Shown here: positions 9,873 to 18,920 of the stretch, piece after piece
Numbering within the stretch: the first letter of the stretch is position 1
Layout of the letters: each line of letters opens with the position of its first letter
From: a virus
Taxonomy: Duplodnaviria > Caudoviricetes
DNA length: 55,342 nt
Strand: one strand, 5' to 3'
Virus record (IMG/VR): IMGVR_UViG_3300029286_000049
Span: 1 to 55,342 of that record
Program-made: the position numbers and the translations under genes
The notes under the pieces: generated by a model
Databases searched by the model: none
What the model saw: the letters and a program-made list of their open reading frames with translations, nothing else
Told to the model about the DNA's origin: nothing

Positions 9873-9904
9873 ATAGTATACCACAAAAAGATATGTTTTC
9901 CTTT
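9873..9904 (-). promoter_or_regulatory. Putative late promoter (AAAGGA-N17-GTATACTAT)
   Basis: Recurring intergenic motif. Confidence 0.45.
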
Positions 9905-9913
9905 AATAGATTG

Positions 9914-10666
9914 CTACCTTATAAGGCTGTTGATCTTATCTTTGAACTCATCGATTTTGAGTATACCACCATCAAGAACAGTATGCTCCATAAGCAAAGA
10001 AGTGATGCCTCCCAAAATAGATAAAGATGATATATCGGCACTTGGTTTCGCATAGCAGTCTCTTTTGTAGGTAGTGCATAATTCTATATTATCAGGCATA
10101 TTAAGACATATTCTGTTATCAGAAACGAATGAAACAGAAAACCTATCAGAATGATTAGATGACACAAAGAAAACATCTTTATACAAAGACGCTGCTTCTC
10201 CCTTGTCATTAGAGAATACAAAAACATTGTTCTCTCTCCCCTTCTTAAATACGTCATTAAGGACAGTGACATTGTCATCTAAGACTGGCGGTACAAGTAT
10301 GATATCTGCTTTCTTTGCTATCGCCCACAAAACAGAAGATACGATAGTTCCGTAATCAGTTTTACCATCATCTGAAATAGATTTAACAGCATATACTTTT
10401 ACATCAGGAGCAATACCACATATCATTCCAGTCAGCATAGTCGAATAGCCAAGTTTATCGTCTAAATCGCCACCTACAAATGACTGGCAATCAATATGCT
10501 TAATTGTGTCTGTATGCAAAGGATTACCAGTCCCTATGATATACATAGAAACTCCAGTACCAGTTAAAGCTTCATTTAGACCGAACATCTCTGGCTTATA
10601 GGATACTGCTTTATCTAGTACTTTCAAAGGTTTTACCTTTTTGAATGATATTTGTTTTTCTTTCAT
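9914..10666 (-). CDS. Degenerate subtilisin (S8)-fold protein, probably inactive
   Basis: TGTGV..YIIGTG, DDKLGYSTMLTG, GIAPDVKVYAVK and WAI...ADII track S8 motifs but the catalytic D, H and GTS are replaced. Confidence 0.72.
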   Translation of the reverse strand: MKEKQISFKKVKPLKVLDKAVSYKPEMFGLNEALTGTGVSMYIIGTGNPLHTDTIKHIDCQSFVGGDLDDKLGYSTMLTGMICGIAPDVKVYAVKSISDDGKTDYGTIVSSVLWAIAKKADIILVPPVLDDNVTVLNDVFKKGRENNVFVFSNDKGEAASLYKDVFFVSSNHSDRFSVSFVSDNRICLNMPDNIELCTTYKRDCYAKPSADISSLSILGGITSLLMEHTVLDGGILKIDEFKDKINSLIR

Positions 10667-11397
10667 ATGGATTGTAGTATATTTACCGGCACATTATATA
10701 CCATGCCGCTCCCAAACATTTCTATTTTTGTAGGATAATCTATCGTCTTTAAGAAATGAACTTCCTTCCTCAAGCTAATGGCTATATTCAGCATCATAAA
10801 ATCATCAGTCACTATCTGTCTACATCTATTCGCTTCATCTATTCTCTTGAAGATGTTTCTGCGGAATGGAATATACCATATCTTAGAATGATCTAAATTC
10901 AGCTTATCTATAATATATGTTCTCAGATTGACATTGGCAATACTTACGCCAGTTCTATTATTATTGCATTTATTCTTGGGATAATACTTTATATCAAAAC
11001 CCTCGCCCATCCACTTTAATCCTGCCATATTATAGTAAACTTGAAAGATGTTCTTATTCGTTTTCGTTTCGCCAGACAGCACCTTATACATATCTGATGT
11101 AGGTTCTATGAACTTCGCATCTATTTTTCCTTTAAGATACTGTTCATCTTTGGCGTCATAAAACACACTCAAATTGATAATCTTATCGAATTCTTTTTTG
11201 AAGAATTCGTCTGATGCTTTTTCCAAGACGTAAGAATTTCTTACGCCTTTACAAAAAGAAAAGATCTGATTTGATTCCTGGCATGAAGTAAGGCAATAAA
11301 TAGCAGAATTGACATACTCTTTAGATAACCCCTTTATGGTACTAGACGCAAGAAAACAATCTGATGGTTTTCCCAAACATATAACTAGAATGTTCAT
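10663..11397 (-). CDS. Degenerate GT9 (heptosyltransferase-like) fold protein
   Basis: MNILVI.LG..SD..L.S..IK.L...Y, FDKIINL and IVTDD..MLNIAISL resemble GT9 motifs with divergent residues. Confidence 0.55.
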   Translation of the reverse strand: MNILVICLGKPSDCFLASSTIKGLSKEYVNSAIYCLTSCQESNQIFSFCKGVRNSYVLEKASDEFFKKEFDKIINLSVFYDAKDEQYLKGKIDAKFIEPTSDMYKVLSGETKTNKNIFQVYYNMAGLKWMGEGFDIKYYPKNKCNNNRTGVSIANVNLRTYIIDKLNLDHSKIWYIPFRRNIFKRIDEANRCRQIVTDDFMMLNIAISLRKEVHFLKTIDYPTKIEMFGSGMVYNVPVNILQSI

Positions 11398-11410
11398 AGT
11401 TCATTCTTCC

Positions 11411-12061
11411 TTAAATTGATCCTGGCGGCAGCAGATTTGACTCATTAGGTAAACCGCCCCTACCAAATGCGTTTTTCGCGAGATCTATAGTGATCACATC
11501 ATCATGACCTGATACTGAATTATCGCTTTCTGATCTATTAGCAGCTGCTTCTCTTTTCTGCTCTCTCTTCTGGTTATCTTCTTGCCACTTTCTGGCATAT
11601 TCAATTGCCTTTGATTCTGGAACAACCTCAAGCATTTTAAGCTCGCCGCAAAATTTCCTCAAATAGTCTGACTTTTCAAATACATCATCTCCGAACTTCT
11701 GTTTCAGTTGATCTACGCTATAGTAATCACGAGGCGACTGGAACTTTAGTTTCACATCTGGCAGAGTAATAGTTCCTCTGGTTTTTGCTCTTAGAAACAT
11801 TTTCTCATTTTTTGGCTGAACCTGATAAGCATTGGCAGCAGGAGATGATTGCTGAACGGGCTGAGCAGGATAGCCATTCAAAGATTTGACTATATTTACT
11901 ACTTCATTGGCTGATGCTTGTATAGCCTTTGTAACATACAATACCTTTTGATCTCCAACAAAGTTTCTTATCGTCGTTGCGTCTTTGAAAGGGACTTCAA
12001 ATTGCCCTTTCGGGCTATAGATAGTTACTACTTTCTTTTGCATATCTAAAAAGATTACCAT
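11411..12061 (-). CDS. Hypothetical protein
   Basis: ORF overlapping upstream stop; in operon. Confidence 0.65.
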   Translation of the reverse strand: MVIFLDMQKKVVTIYSPKGQFEVPFKDATTIRNFVGDQKVLYVTKAIQASANEVVNIVKSLNGYPAQPVQQSSPAANAYQVQPKNEKMFLRAKTRGTITLPDVKLKFQSPRDYYSVDQLKQKFGDDVFEKSDYLRKFCGELKMLEVVPESKAIEYARKWQEDNQKREQKREAAANRSESDNSVSGHDDVITIDLAKNAFGRGGLPNESNLLPPGSI

Positions 12062-13458
12062 AATTTTCTCCAGATATCATTCAAACGGCGAAGCGCTAAG
12101 CCAGCAACAACGTCAATTTTGTAATTTTCTGATATATGTTTCCTAAGTCTTAAGTTCTTTGCTGATACTTCTGTATAATTTTCATATACATATCTCAGCG
12201 CCTTCCTGGCATCTGAATTAAATGCTTCTGATGTTAAATCGGGAAAATACTGTCCATCCCAATAGTGAATGTTTGTTTTTCCATCAGACTTTTTCAAACT
12301 ATCTACATCCACCAAAACGGAATTAGAATAGTTCAGAAACATAGTCTGACCGCTATAGTTAGTCGCAATAACAGGGATACCGCTCATAGATGCTTCTATA
12401 TAAGGAAGACCGAAACCTTCTCCTCTTGAGAAAGACACAAAAGCTTTGCAAGCCTTATATATTCTAGGCATCCTATATTCTGCTATCACATTACTGCATC
12501 TTGCTATATGTGCTGCTTTCTCTCCGCCATATTTATTCTGAAATTCAATAATCTCTTTCTGTATCATATTGTAATCAGATACGCTACTCGTCATAGGTCT
12601 AGTTATTAAAAGTAGACTAACAGGATCGTTAGCATCGAATTCTTCAAGATAGGCTCTCAATAAAGCGTCATATCCTTTTCTATAGTTCCATGTAAATACG
12701 CTTACAAAAGTAAAGCCTTTCAGCGTTGGATTGAATATAGAAGGTTCCCATTTGTCATTATACAAAGAGACATCAATAGAATTAGGTATCACTATCACTT
12801 TCTTGCTAGGGCAATGGTTGAGAATAACATTTTTGCAAAACTCAGATGTTGTCCATATCTCATCAAAAGCGTTAATTGAGTCCACAAACTGTTGTGGCAT
12901 AGATGATGATTCTAATGTCGTATAGAGTATATTATACTTATAGTCTTTTGAAGGTATTGCGAAACTAGGAATTACACTTTGTATGTATATAGCATTCTTA
13001 CTGTACTGTCTTGTTAGAGATGACATCTTTCTCATTTCTAACTCATTTAGATTGTTATGGGAAGTGGAATCTGGATAGATACCTATTTTGACTTTATTTC
13101 TGGCAAGACCCATCACTAGATTACGGTTCGTTTTTGAATACCCGCCAGCGTCAAAGAACGTACCACGGAACATTATTTCTAGGTCACCGGAAGGGTCAGG
13201 AAACGTTTTCTCCTCATGATGGGTATCAGAACCCGCTTTTAAGACTAAATCGTTCTGAAGCCTTAATAGGTTCCTTTCAAATAGAGAATCGCCACATTCT
13301 GTGATAATAAACTTCTTCAGCCTAAGATATGCTCTGAATAAAGAGGATTTCTTAGTCTCATCAAGAGTTATTTCTTGAGGTTTCCTATCATTAGGAGAAA
13401 CATATTTGTCTATATCAGCGAGATAAACCGTATTGTCTGAATTATTTATGAACTTCAT
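12055..13458 (-). CDS. GT4 family glycosyltransferase with extra N-terminal domain
   Basis: RKGYD, SRGEGFGLPYIEA..SGIPVIAT motifs. Confidence 0.92.
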   Translation of the reverse strand: MKFINNSDNTVYLADIDKYVSPNDRKPQEITLDETKKSSLFRAYLRLKKFIITECGDSLFERNLLRLQNDLVLKAGSDTHHEEKTFPDPSGDLEIMFRGTFFDAGGYSKTNRNLVMGLARNKVKIGIYPDSTSHNNLNELEMRKMSSLTRQYSKNAIYIQSVIPSFAIPSKDYKYNILYTTLESSSMPQQFVDSINAFDEIWTTSEFCKNVILNHCPSKKVIVIPNSIDVSLYNDKWEPSIFNPTLKGFTFVSVFTWNYRKGYDALLRAYLEEFDANDPVSLLLITRPMTSSVSDYNMIQKEIIEFQNKYGGEKAAHIARCSNVIAEYRMPRIYKACKAFVSFSRGEGFGLPYIEASMSGIPVIATNYSGQTMFLNYSNSVLVDVDSLKKSDGKTNIHYWDGQYFPDLTSEAFNSDARKALRYVYENYTEVSAKNLRLRKHISENYKIDVVAGLALRRLNDIWRKLW

Positions 13459-13465
13459 GCTTCTA

Positions 13466-13496
13466 TTATCGGCGGAGAAATAAAAAAACCTCCTTT
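13466..13496 (-). promoter_or_regulatory. Putative promoter overlapping terminator (AAAGGA...GCCGATAA)
   Basis: AAAGGA lies in the hairpin; GCCGATAA a few bases before the ATG, no obvious SD. Confidence 0.4.
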
Positions 13497-13509
13497 CGGA
13501 GGTTCTTTT
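13482..13509 (-). terminator. Intrinsic terminator
   Basis: AACCTCC-GAAA-GGAGGTT stem-loop followed by T run. Confidence 0.85.
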
Positions 13510-13522
13510 GAAAAGGGTTTAT

Positions 13523-14497
13523 TTACCTTCTTATTGGGTCTACCATATCATATTTCTCTATATCGAAGAAAGCTTCATCTTCTTTGTCTTTCTTGCATTT
13601 CTTATCGCATTTCTCTGCTTCTTTAAGCATATCAAAATAGCATCCAGACTCTTTCTCGTCTACATGCTTGATACATCTACCATATCTATCTTTATCATCT
13701 TCGTTCCATTTTGACCTTTCAGTTGTCCCGGCAGTTGAGCCTACGCTTTCTGTACATACTGCATAAGGATTATAGACCTTCTTTTTGCCTTTCTTCTTGG
13801 CGATTTTAATTTTCAGTCTACTAGATGCTTCTGCCCGAGGATGACTTCTGAGGATTTCGTCCCACTTGGAATCAAGATCTCTTTCTTTATCTTCTTCAAA
13901 GCTACCTAGTTGACCGCCTGTAAGTGCTTGCTCTACTTCTCTGCTTCTAAGTGCGTCTATAGCATTTCTTAGTTTCATTCTTCTTCCGCCCTTAGAAGAA
14001 GCGCCAGGAGGTCTAACATCTGGACCTACTTTCTTTCTTCTTACAAGTTCGGATCGAAGACCATTCAAAAATTGATCTTCAAGAGCTGGCGAAAAAGGTT
14101 GTCCTATAGTTGGATCAAATGCCTTTTTCTTCATTGATTCTTTTACTTGAGTTTCGCTATCCATTTTTTGCTCCATATCTTCTAAAAAGTCGTAGTATTT
14201 TTCGTTCTCTGTTAGATGATCCATTGCTATCTCTTGTGCTATATCCGTATCATCTGTATGTTCTTTTTCAACTGATATGCCCTTTGCTAATGCTTCGGAA
14301 TCGAAATCAGATGGCGTTTTACCTTCAGCGAGTCCGCCAGGGATTTTATCTTTAGATGCGGTGACTTGCTTTTTATTTCTTTTAGACTCCATCATGTCAT
14401 ATATTTCCATATCGTTATGACCTCTAGATTTCATATCGCTATAGAAGTTTTTGTCAAAGAGAGGATGATTTCTCAAAACGTATTGAAAGTATTCCAT
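13523..14497 (-). CDS. DUF5661-like domain protein, charged, with KxA motifs
   Basis: GG.A.......FD...L.KGI.VE.EHT.D...A.EIAMDHL.E...YY..L signature. Confidence 0.7.
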   Translation of the reverse strand: MEYFQYVLRNHPLFDKNFYSDMKSRGHNDMEIYDMMESKRNKKQVTASKDKIPGGLAEGKTPSDFDSEALAKGISVEKEHTDDTDIAQEIAMDHLTENEKYYDFLEDMEQKMDSETQVKESMKKKAFDPTIGQPFSPALEDQFLNGLRSELVRRKKVGPDVRPPGASSKGGRRMKLRNAIDALRSREVEQALTGGQLGSFEEDKERDLDSKWDEILRSHPRAEASSRLKIKIAKKKGKKKVYNPYAVCTESVGSTAGTTERSKWNEDDKDRYGRCIKHVDEKESGCYFDMLKEAEKCDKKCKKDKEDEAFFDIEKYDMVDPIRR

Positions 14498-14500
14498 GAA

Positions 14501-14911
14501 TTACTCCGCGGGAATATAAAATCCTACCACTCCGTCATCATTTACAGAAGCATCGATATATATGTTGGCTAGATCTATTACAGCGCCAGAAACAACAGGC
14601 CATTCAAAATAATCGTTAGCTGACAGCTCTATAATTTGATGCGAGGAAGCATTCACAGTTGACATTCCAAGATAGATTTTGCCTGAATTAGCGCCAGTGA
14701 TTTTCTTGGCCATAACTCCAAATGTCTTTACTAGCAATGTAGTTGCTGACAGCTTCACTGCTGTCCCAGATGATGGAACTGTTTTAACAATTTCGACTGG
14801 AACAACCGTTCCTCCTGTTCCTCCTCCAAGTGCTTGAAGTATATCCTGAAGGACTCCGTCTTCTGTCGCCGGGTTTATCGTTCTACCATGTCTATTTCTT
14901 TCGTAAGGCAT
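14501..14911 (-). CDS. Small beta-rich putative virion protein
   Basis: GGAG SD, recurring promoter upstream, beta-strand composition. Confidence 0.55.
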   Translation of the reverse strand: MPYERNRHGRTINPATEDGVLQDILQALGGGTGGTVVPVEIVKTVPSSGTAVKLSATTLLVKTFGVMAKKITGANSGKIYLGMSTVNASSHQIIELSANDYFEWPVVSGAVIDLANIYIDASVNDDGVVGFYIPAE

Positions 14912-14935
14912 ATTTTGATCTCCATTAGAATAATC

Positions 14936-14967
14936 TTATAGTACAAAGAAAAAGAAGATTATCCTTT
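14936..14967 (-). promoter_or_regulatory. Putative late promoter (AAAGGA-N17-GTACTATAA)
   Basis: Recurring motif directly downstream of a terminator. Confidence 0.5.
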
Positions 14968-14973
14968 ATCGAC

Positions 14974-15006
14974 AAAAGAAAAAGGCGAGATTTATCCTCG
15001 CCTTTT
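14974..15006 (-). terminator. Intrinsic terminator
   Basis: AAAAGGCGAG-N7-CTCGCCTTTT hairpin followed by T-rich tract. Confidence 0.8.
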
Positions 15007-15032
15007 CCGAAATACTTTATTTACCGCCGAAA

Positions 15033-16052
15033 TTAGAGATTTTCAAATATGTCTTGGTTCATATCCTTGTAATCTTTCAATGCCTGAATAGCCTTCTTCA
15101 TCCTGTTAACAGCTATCTGGAAATACTTAGGCTCTTTCTCTATCCCTACGAATCCTCTACCCGTAGAAAGGCAAGCAAGACCCGTTGTTCCAGATCCCAT
15201 AAACGGATCTAACACAACTCCGCCAGTAGGTGTCTTCGAAAGCTTCGTTAAGTATTCCATAACCTTAATTGGTTTAACTGTAGGATGCTCATTCCCATCT
15301 CCGCGTTCACTTCTACTCGCTTTGGCGCAATAGAAGAACCTAGATGCTCCTCCTTCGTCTCCATAAGTAATCTGAACATCACCTGCTTTCCCTAGTCCTC
15401 CATGCTCCATAAAAGAACCAGTTTGAGTCCTAGTGCAATTTGATCCAGACTTCAATACTCCACTCTGTTCATCAAGCATTCTAACAGGACAGCCTTCTAC
15501 ACAATCCCAATCTTCTACTGTTTCCATACCATCAGGACCAGCATGACCTCCGCATAACTCCACTTCTCTTCTGTAATGACCAGATTTGCCGTTATTATAC
15601 TTACCGCTAAACTTATCAGAAGTGTAATTGCAAGGCTTGTTGACTTGTCCCTTGACTTTTTTCATTCCCTTAAGTACGCAATCTGGAGAATGAGATAAAA
15701 TGAAGTTGGCTGGGAATCTCCCTTTGGAGCTTTCGCCATAAGGAGTCCCTTCGCCATTGTCATCAAATCCATCCCATCCATGACCTCTGGGTTTCTGCCA
15801 TTCCCATTGACCACCAGAACCGATTCTGCATCCATCAAGCCATAAACCGGCGACTCCATACTTCAAAGCATTCTCAGAAAATGTCCCCTCAATAGGTTTC
15901 ATTGCCATAATGATAGGTTCCCAAGCAGGTTTAAGAGGAGAAGATCTTAAAGTATGTACTTTCAAATCTTCTGGCATAACGAAAAGACCATCATCATCTT
16001 GAACTATATCATAATCTTTCCCATTATAATTTATTTTGTGTATCGTCGGCAT
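15033..16052 (-). CDS. DNA methyltransferase (N4-C/N6-A, beta class), C-terminal part
   Basis: GRFPAN, ASRFFYCAKAS, HPTVKP and motif I VLDPFMGSGTT; lacks DPPY. Confidence 0.85.
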   Translation of the reverse strand: MPTIHKINYNGKDYDIVQDDDGLFVMPEDLKVHTLRSSPLKPAWEPIIMAMKPIEGTFSENALKYGVAGLWLDGCRIGSGGQWEWQKPRGHGWDGFDDNGEGTPYGESSKGRFPANFILSHSPDCVLKGMKKVKGQVNKPCNYTSDKFSGKYNNGKSGHYRREVELCGGHAGPDGMETVEDWDCVEGCPVRMLDEQSGVLKSGSNCTRTQTGSFMEHGGLGKAGDVQITYGDEGGASRFFYCAKASRSERGDGNEHPTVKPIKVMEYLTKLSKTPTGGVVLDPFMGSGTTGLACLSTGRGFVGIEKEPKYFQIAVNRMKKAIQALKDYKDMNQDIFENL

Positions 16053-16497
16053 TCTTATATACCTCCAGCGTTTCCAAAAATTTCATCAAATTTCTTATCT
16101 CTTGTAATGTTGCATTGCTTTTTAGCCTATTAGCTTTATGGCTCATTATCATAATGTTGCCTTTGACATATCCAAGCGATGGATCGATTCTGTCTAGCGA
16201 AGGACTATTATCTATCGGTCCATGTTTATCCGTATTATTACGATATAATTTTATGCCCAATACTGGACATATTTCTGGGATCTCCGGTATATCCTCCACT
16301 TTTATATCAAAAACAAAATTCTTTTTCTTGGCTCTCTTTTGCGCATCTAAATATATATCATATCTATTAGTTTTTGACAAACCATGAGTAGTATTCTGAC
16401 ATATTCGTGAACAATAATTATGAGAACATCTTCTTTGATGGGCTTTGCATCTATAGAACTTTTTACCGCAAATAGGGCAGGCGCAATTCATTTCCAT
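16024..16497 (-). CDS. HNH-type (His-Me finger) endonuclease with zinc finger
   Basis: CPICG...YCSRIC, CPVLG and SPSLDRIDPSLGYVKGNI..MS.KANRLK motifs. Confidence 0.82.
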   Translation of the reverse strand: MEMNCACPICGKKFYRCKAHQRRCSHNYCSRICQNTTHGLSKTNRYDIYLDAQKRAKKKNFVFDIKVEDIPEIPEICPVLGIKLYRNNTDKHGPIDNSPSLDRIDPSLGYVKGNIMIMSHKANRLKSNATLQEIRNLMKFLETLEVYKNADDTQNKL

Positions 16498-18194
16498 TTT
16501 ATTTCTCCGCTTACCCCACTTTCCCTTAATTTGATTTCTAATTCTTTCTGAACAGATTTAACCATATCCCATAAATCTGATATAGCAAATGGTTTCACTG
16601 CAACAATCACAGGTTCAAATGCAGGCTTTAGCGCTGTACCCCACCCATCCCAAAGCTTCGCATTATCAGTGGCAGGCGCAGTAATAAGTCCTGCTCCTTC
16701 AGATTTCAATTTGAAATCACCTACCTGACCATTCTGATGATTCTTCTCATTATTTGGGCGGATAGAAGAAACATCAATTCCAATTACTTCTCTTTCAACA
16801 CCAGCATCTTTGTCCATCTGCTTAGAAATGTCCAGACTTTTGGGAAATCCAGAATTACCAGTAATAAAGATTTTGCCATTCCTTCTTGCGACAAAAGCGC
16901 CAGTAGGAACCTGTACACACCAGACTTTTCCTTTATATTCTACTGGAGTTATTTCCGCCACAGAGGGAGAGGGAATCCTCTCGCCTCGTATAGTTTGTGA
17001 TCTTGATTGCTTGCAAATAACATCAGATTCATAATGTCGTTGTTTTCTGGATTGTGGTCCATATGGTGAACTGTCTCCGTTCTCAAAAGGCATCTCCCCA
17101 TCTCTTTCGCAACTATTAGGCGATGTTCCATAACATATCCGTCTTTCCTCGCCATCTGAATAAAGTCTTTCGGGCATCTGACATATTTTACTGGTTTGTA
17201 ATTGCCGTGTTTGCGGAAGTAAGTCACTCCTCCTTTCCAAGCCGGATTCAACGGTCCAGACATTTTCGCCGCAAAGCTGATAAAGCTCTGTGTAGTCCAC
17301 CCCGCAGCCCCTTTGTGACTGTGTTTTATAAGATCCTTTGCCCTCTCTTTCCCATTGCATTGAGTCGAGCATGTAGGATGCTTTACCCGTTTCAGCCAGC
17401 ACTTCTGCTTCCATATTTCTTTCCCGCAAACATGGCACTTTATTAAAATCATTCCCTTCAAATCTCTCGGATCTTTCTTCACTCGTTTCGATATGGCTGA
17501 TTTCATATTGCATTGCTGCGAACAAGTCTTGTTTCTTAATACTTGTGTGCGATTGAATGTCTGATATGGTTTCTGGCAAATCTCGCAGACTTTCCAGAAT
17601 GGGTACGCATATTTCTTGTTTTTGTGATGCTTCTTCAGCAAGTTCGAATAATAATTTTCCTTCTCGTTCAACAACGCAACGATGATTTCTGGAGACGAGC
17701 TGGTCTGTTTTATCTGATCTAATTCTGTAAGCGGTATATTTGTTATCATAATAGAAACTCCTTATTGGTTTATCAAAACAATACTCATTAGTTTCTATAT
17801 TATAACAAAGTACGAGATCATCCTTTATGTTTTTATGGTAGTGTACCCACCCATTACTTGTGAGTATCTCTGTATCTTCACTTAGACATCCATAAACCCA
17901 TTCAACACAATCTCTTATCTCCCATCCAGCATCCTCAATATCGCAAGCTAATCTATGAAATGTGCGAGTACCACCAAAACTAAATAGCATAGCGCCAGGC
18001 TTAGACGCATCTCTTACTGCATCCCAGAAGTCTTTACCGGGAACAGACTTATCCCATCCCTTAGACATAAAAACGATGCCGTAAGGCGGATCTGTCACGA
18101 CAGAGTCGATACTGTTCTTTTCTAATGTAGGTAATACTTCTAAACAATCGCCGCAATACAGAGTTATACCAAACTCTAACTCTACTTTCTCCAT
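16488..18194 (-). CDS. DNA methyltransferase N-terminal part, intein-containing
   Basis: GDCLEVL, motif IV VTDPPY, GWEIRD..EWVYG|intein|SGFPKS, GWGTALKPA. Confidence 0.88.
   Translation of the reverse strand: MEKVELEFGITLYCGDCLEVLPTLEKNSIDSVVTDPPYGIVFMSKGWDKSVPGKDFWDAVRDASKPGAMLFSFGGTRTFHRLACDIEDAGWEIRDCVEWVYGCLSEDTEILTSNGWVHYHKNIKDDLVLCYNIETNEYCFDKPIRSFYYDNKYTAYRIRSDKTDQLVSRNHRCVVEREGKLLFELAEEASQKQEICVPILESLRDLPETISDIQSHTSIKKQDLFAAMQYEISHIETSEERSERFEGNDFNKVPCLRERNMEAEVLAETGKASYMLDSMQWEREGKGSYKTQSQRGCGVDYTELYQLCGENVWTVESGLERRSDLLPQTRQLQTSKICQMPERLYSDGEERRICYGTSPNSCERDGEMPFENGDSSPYGPQSRKQRHYESDVICKQSRSQTIRGERIPSPSVAEITPVEYKGKVWCVQVPTGAFVARRNGKIFITGNSGFPKSLDISKQMDKDAGVEREVIGIDVSSIRPNNEKNHQNGQVGDFKLKSEGAGLITAPATDNAKLWDGWGTALKPAFEPVIVAVKPFAISDLWDMVKSVQKELEIKLRESGVSGEIKWK
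16854..17888 (-). mobile_element. Intein (345 aa) in methyltransferase
   Basis: Starts CLSEDTEILT..GW, block B VSRNH, ends VWCVQV...KIFITGN followed by Ser; removal restores WVYG-SGFPKS. Confidence 0.9.
16949..17749 (-). CDS. HNH homing endonuclease nested in an alternative frame inside the intein
   Basis: Zinc-finger Cys pairs, NPAWKGG, GYVMEHRL...VHHMDHNPENN...NL HNH motif; start codon uncertain. Confidence 0.85.
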   Translation of the reverse strand: MITNIPLTELDQIKQTSSSPEIIVALLNEKENYYSNLLKKHHKNKKYAYPFWKVCEICQKPYQTFNRTQVLRNKTCSQQCNMKSAISKRVKKDPRDLKGMILIKCHVCGKEIWKQKCWLKRVKHPTCSTQCNGKERAKDLIKHSHKGAAGWTTQSFISFAAKMSGPLNPAWKGGVTYFRKHGNYKPVKYVRCPKDFIQMARKDGYVMEHRLIVAKEMGRCLLRTETVHHMDHNPENNDIMNLMLFASNQDHKLYEARGFPLPLWRK

Positions 18195-18206
18195 CTATAT
18201 CTCCTA

Positions 18207-18920
18207 TTAATGTGAATCAGTTCCACCTTTCCTAGCCAAATAATCTGCGCTGACAGCTTTCAAGATGATTCTACCATTCGTGCTAGTAGGAATCATAATC
18301 GGGTCAATCCTCTCAATGACAGGAGTGACAACAGCGCCCTCTCTACCTTTGAACTTGCCTACTACTTTATTCGGATCACAAAACGAAGTAGGACCAGAAA
18401 CAAGGTCTTCCAATACCTTTTTGCTAAATGGTCCACGATAAAGCAATGGGACCATCGGCACTTCGAATTTCAGGCAGAAAAACTTCTTTGCATCATAGCT
18501 CATATACCTTCTATTTACGGCAATGTCGAAGACTCTGGCAGTCTTTTCCTTCAATCCGTATTGCATATCCTGAACACCTGGACCTATCATCTCGCCAAAA
18601 ACGATAGCGCTGAATATGTCCTCTCCTGCATCATATGTCTTGATAATCTCATTCAACATATCTTTCATGTTCTGAGTAAAAATCATCCAGAACTTAGAAG
18701 GTATTCCCCTTGCATCAAACTCTTTCCTACGATTTTCATGGCTACCGGCACAAAGAGTCCAAATAGGTTTGCCACTCTCGTCTGTGTCGAGAACATTACC
18801 GAATCTTGCATTAGAATTATGTACTACTATTTTGTTTGCTACAAAATTATGTACATCTTCTATTACGAGATCCCAACGATCAAACTGTTCTTCTAAAATC
18901 TCTTTTTTTGTCAATCTCAT
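18207..18920 (-). CDS. Split intein C-fragment fused to C-terminal part of RNA ligase
   Basis: 35-aa IntC ending VHN|S; then NARFG, FGEM.GPGVQ, VFDI, REGAVV, ILKAVS ligase motifs. Confidence 0.88.
   Translation of the reverse strand: MRLTKKEILEEQFDRWDLVIEDVHNFVANKIVVHNSNARFGNVLDTDESGKPIWTLCAGSHENRRKEFDARGIPSKFWMIFTQNMKDMLNEIIKTYDAGEDIFSAIVFGEMIGPGVQDMQYGLKEKTARVFDIAVNRRYMSYDAKKFFCLKFEVPMVPLLYRGPFSKKVLEDLVSGPTSFCDPNKVVGKFKGREGAVVTPVIERIDPIMIPTSTNGRIILKAVSADYLARKGGTDSH
18816..18920 (-). mobile_element. IntC of naturally split intein
   Basis: WDLVIEDVHNFVANKIVVHN followed by Ser (blocks F and G). Confidence 0.88.
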
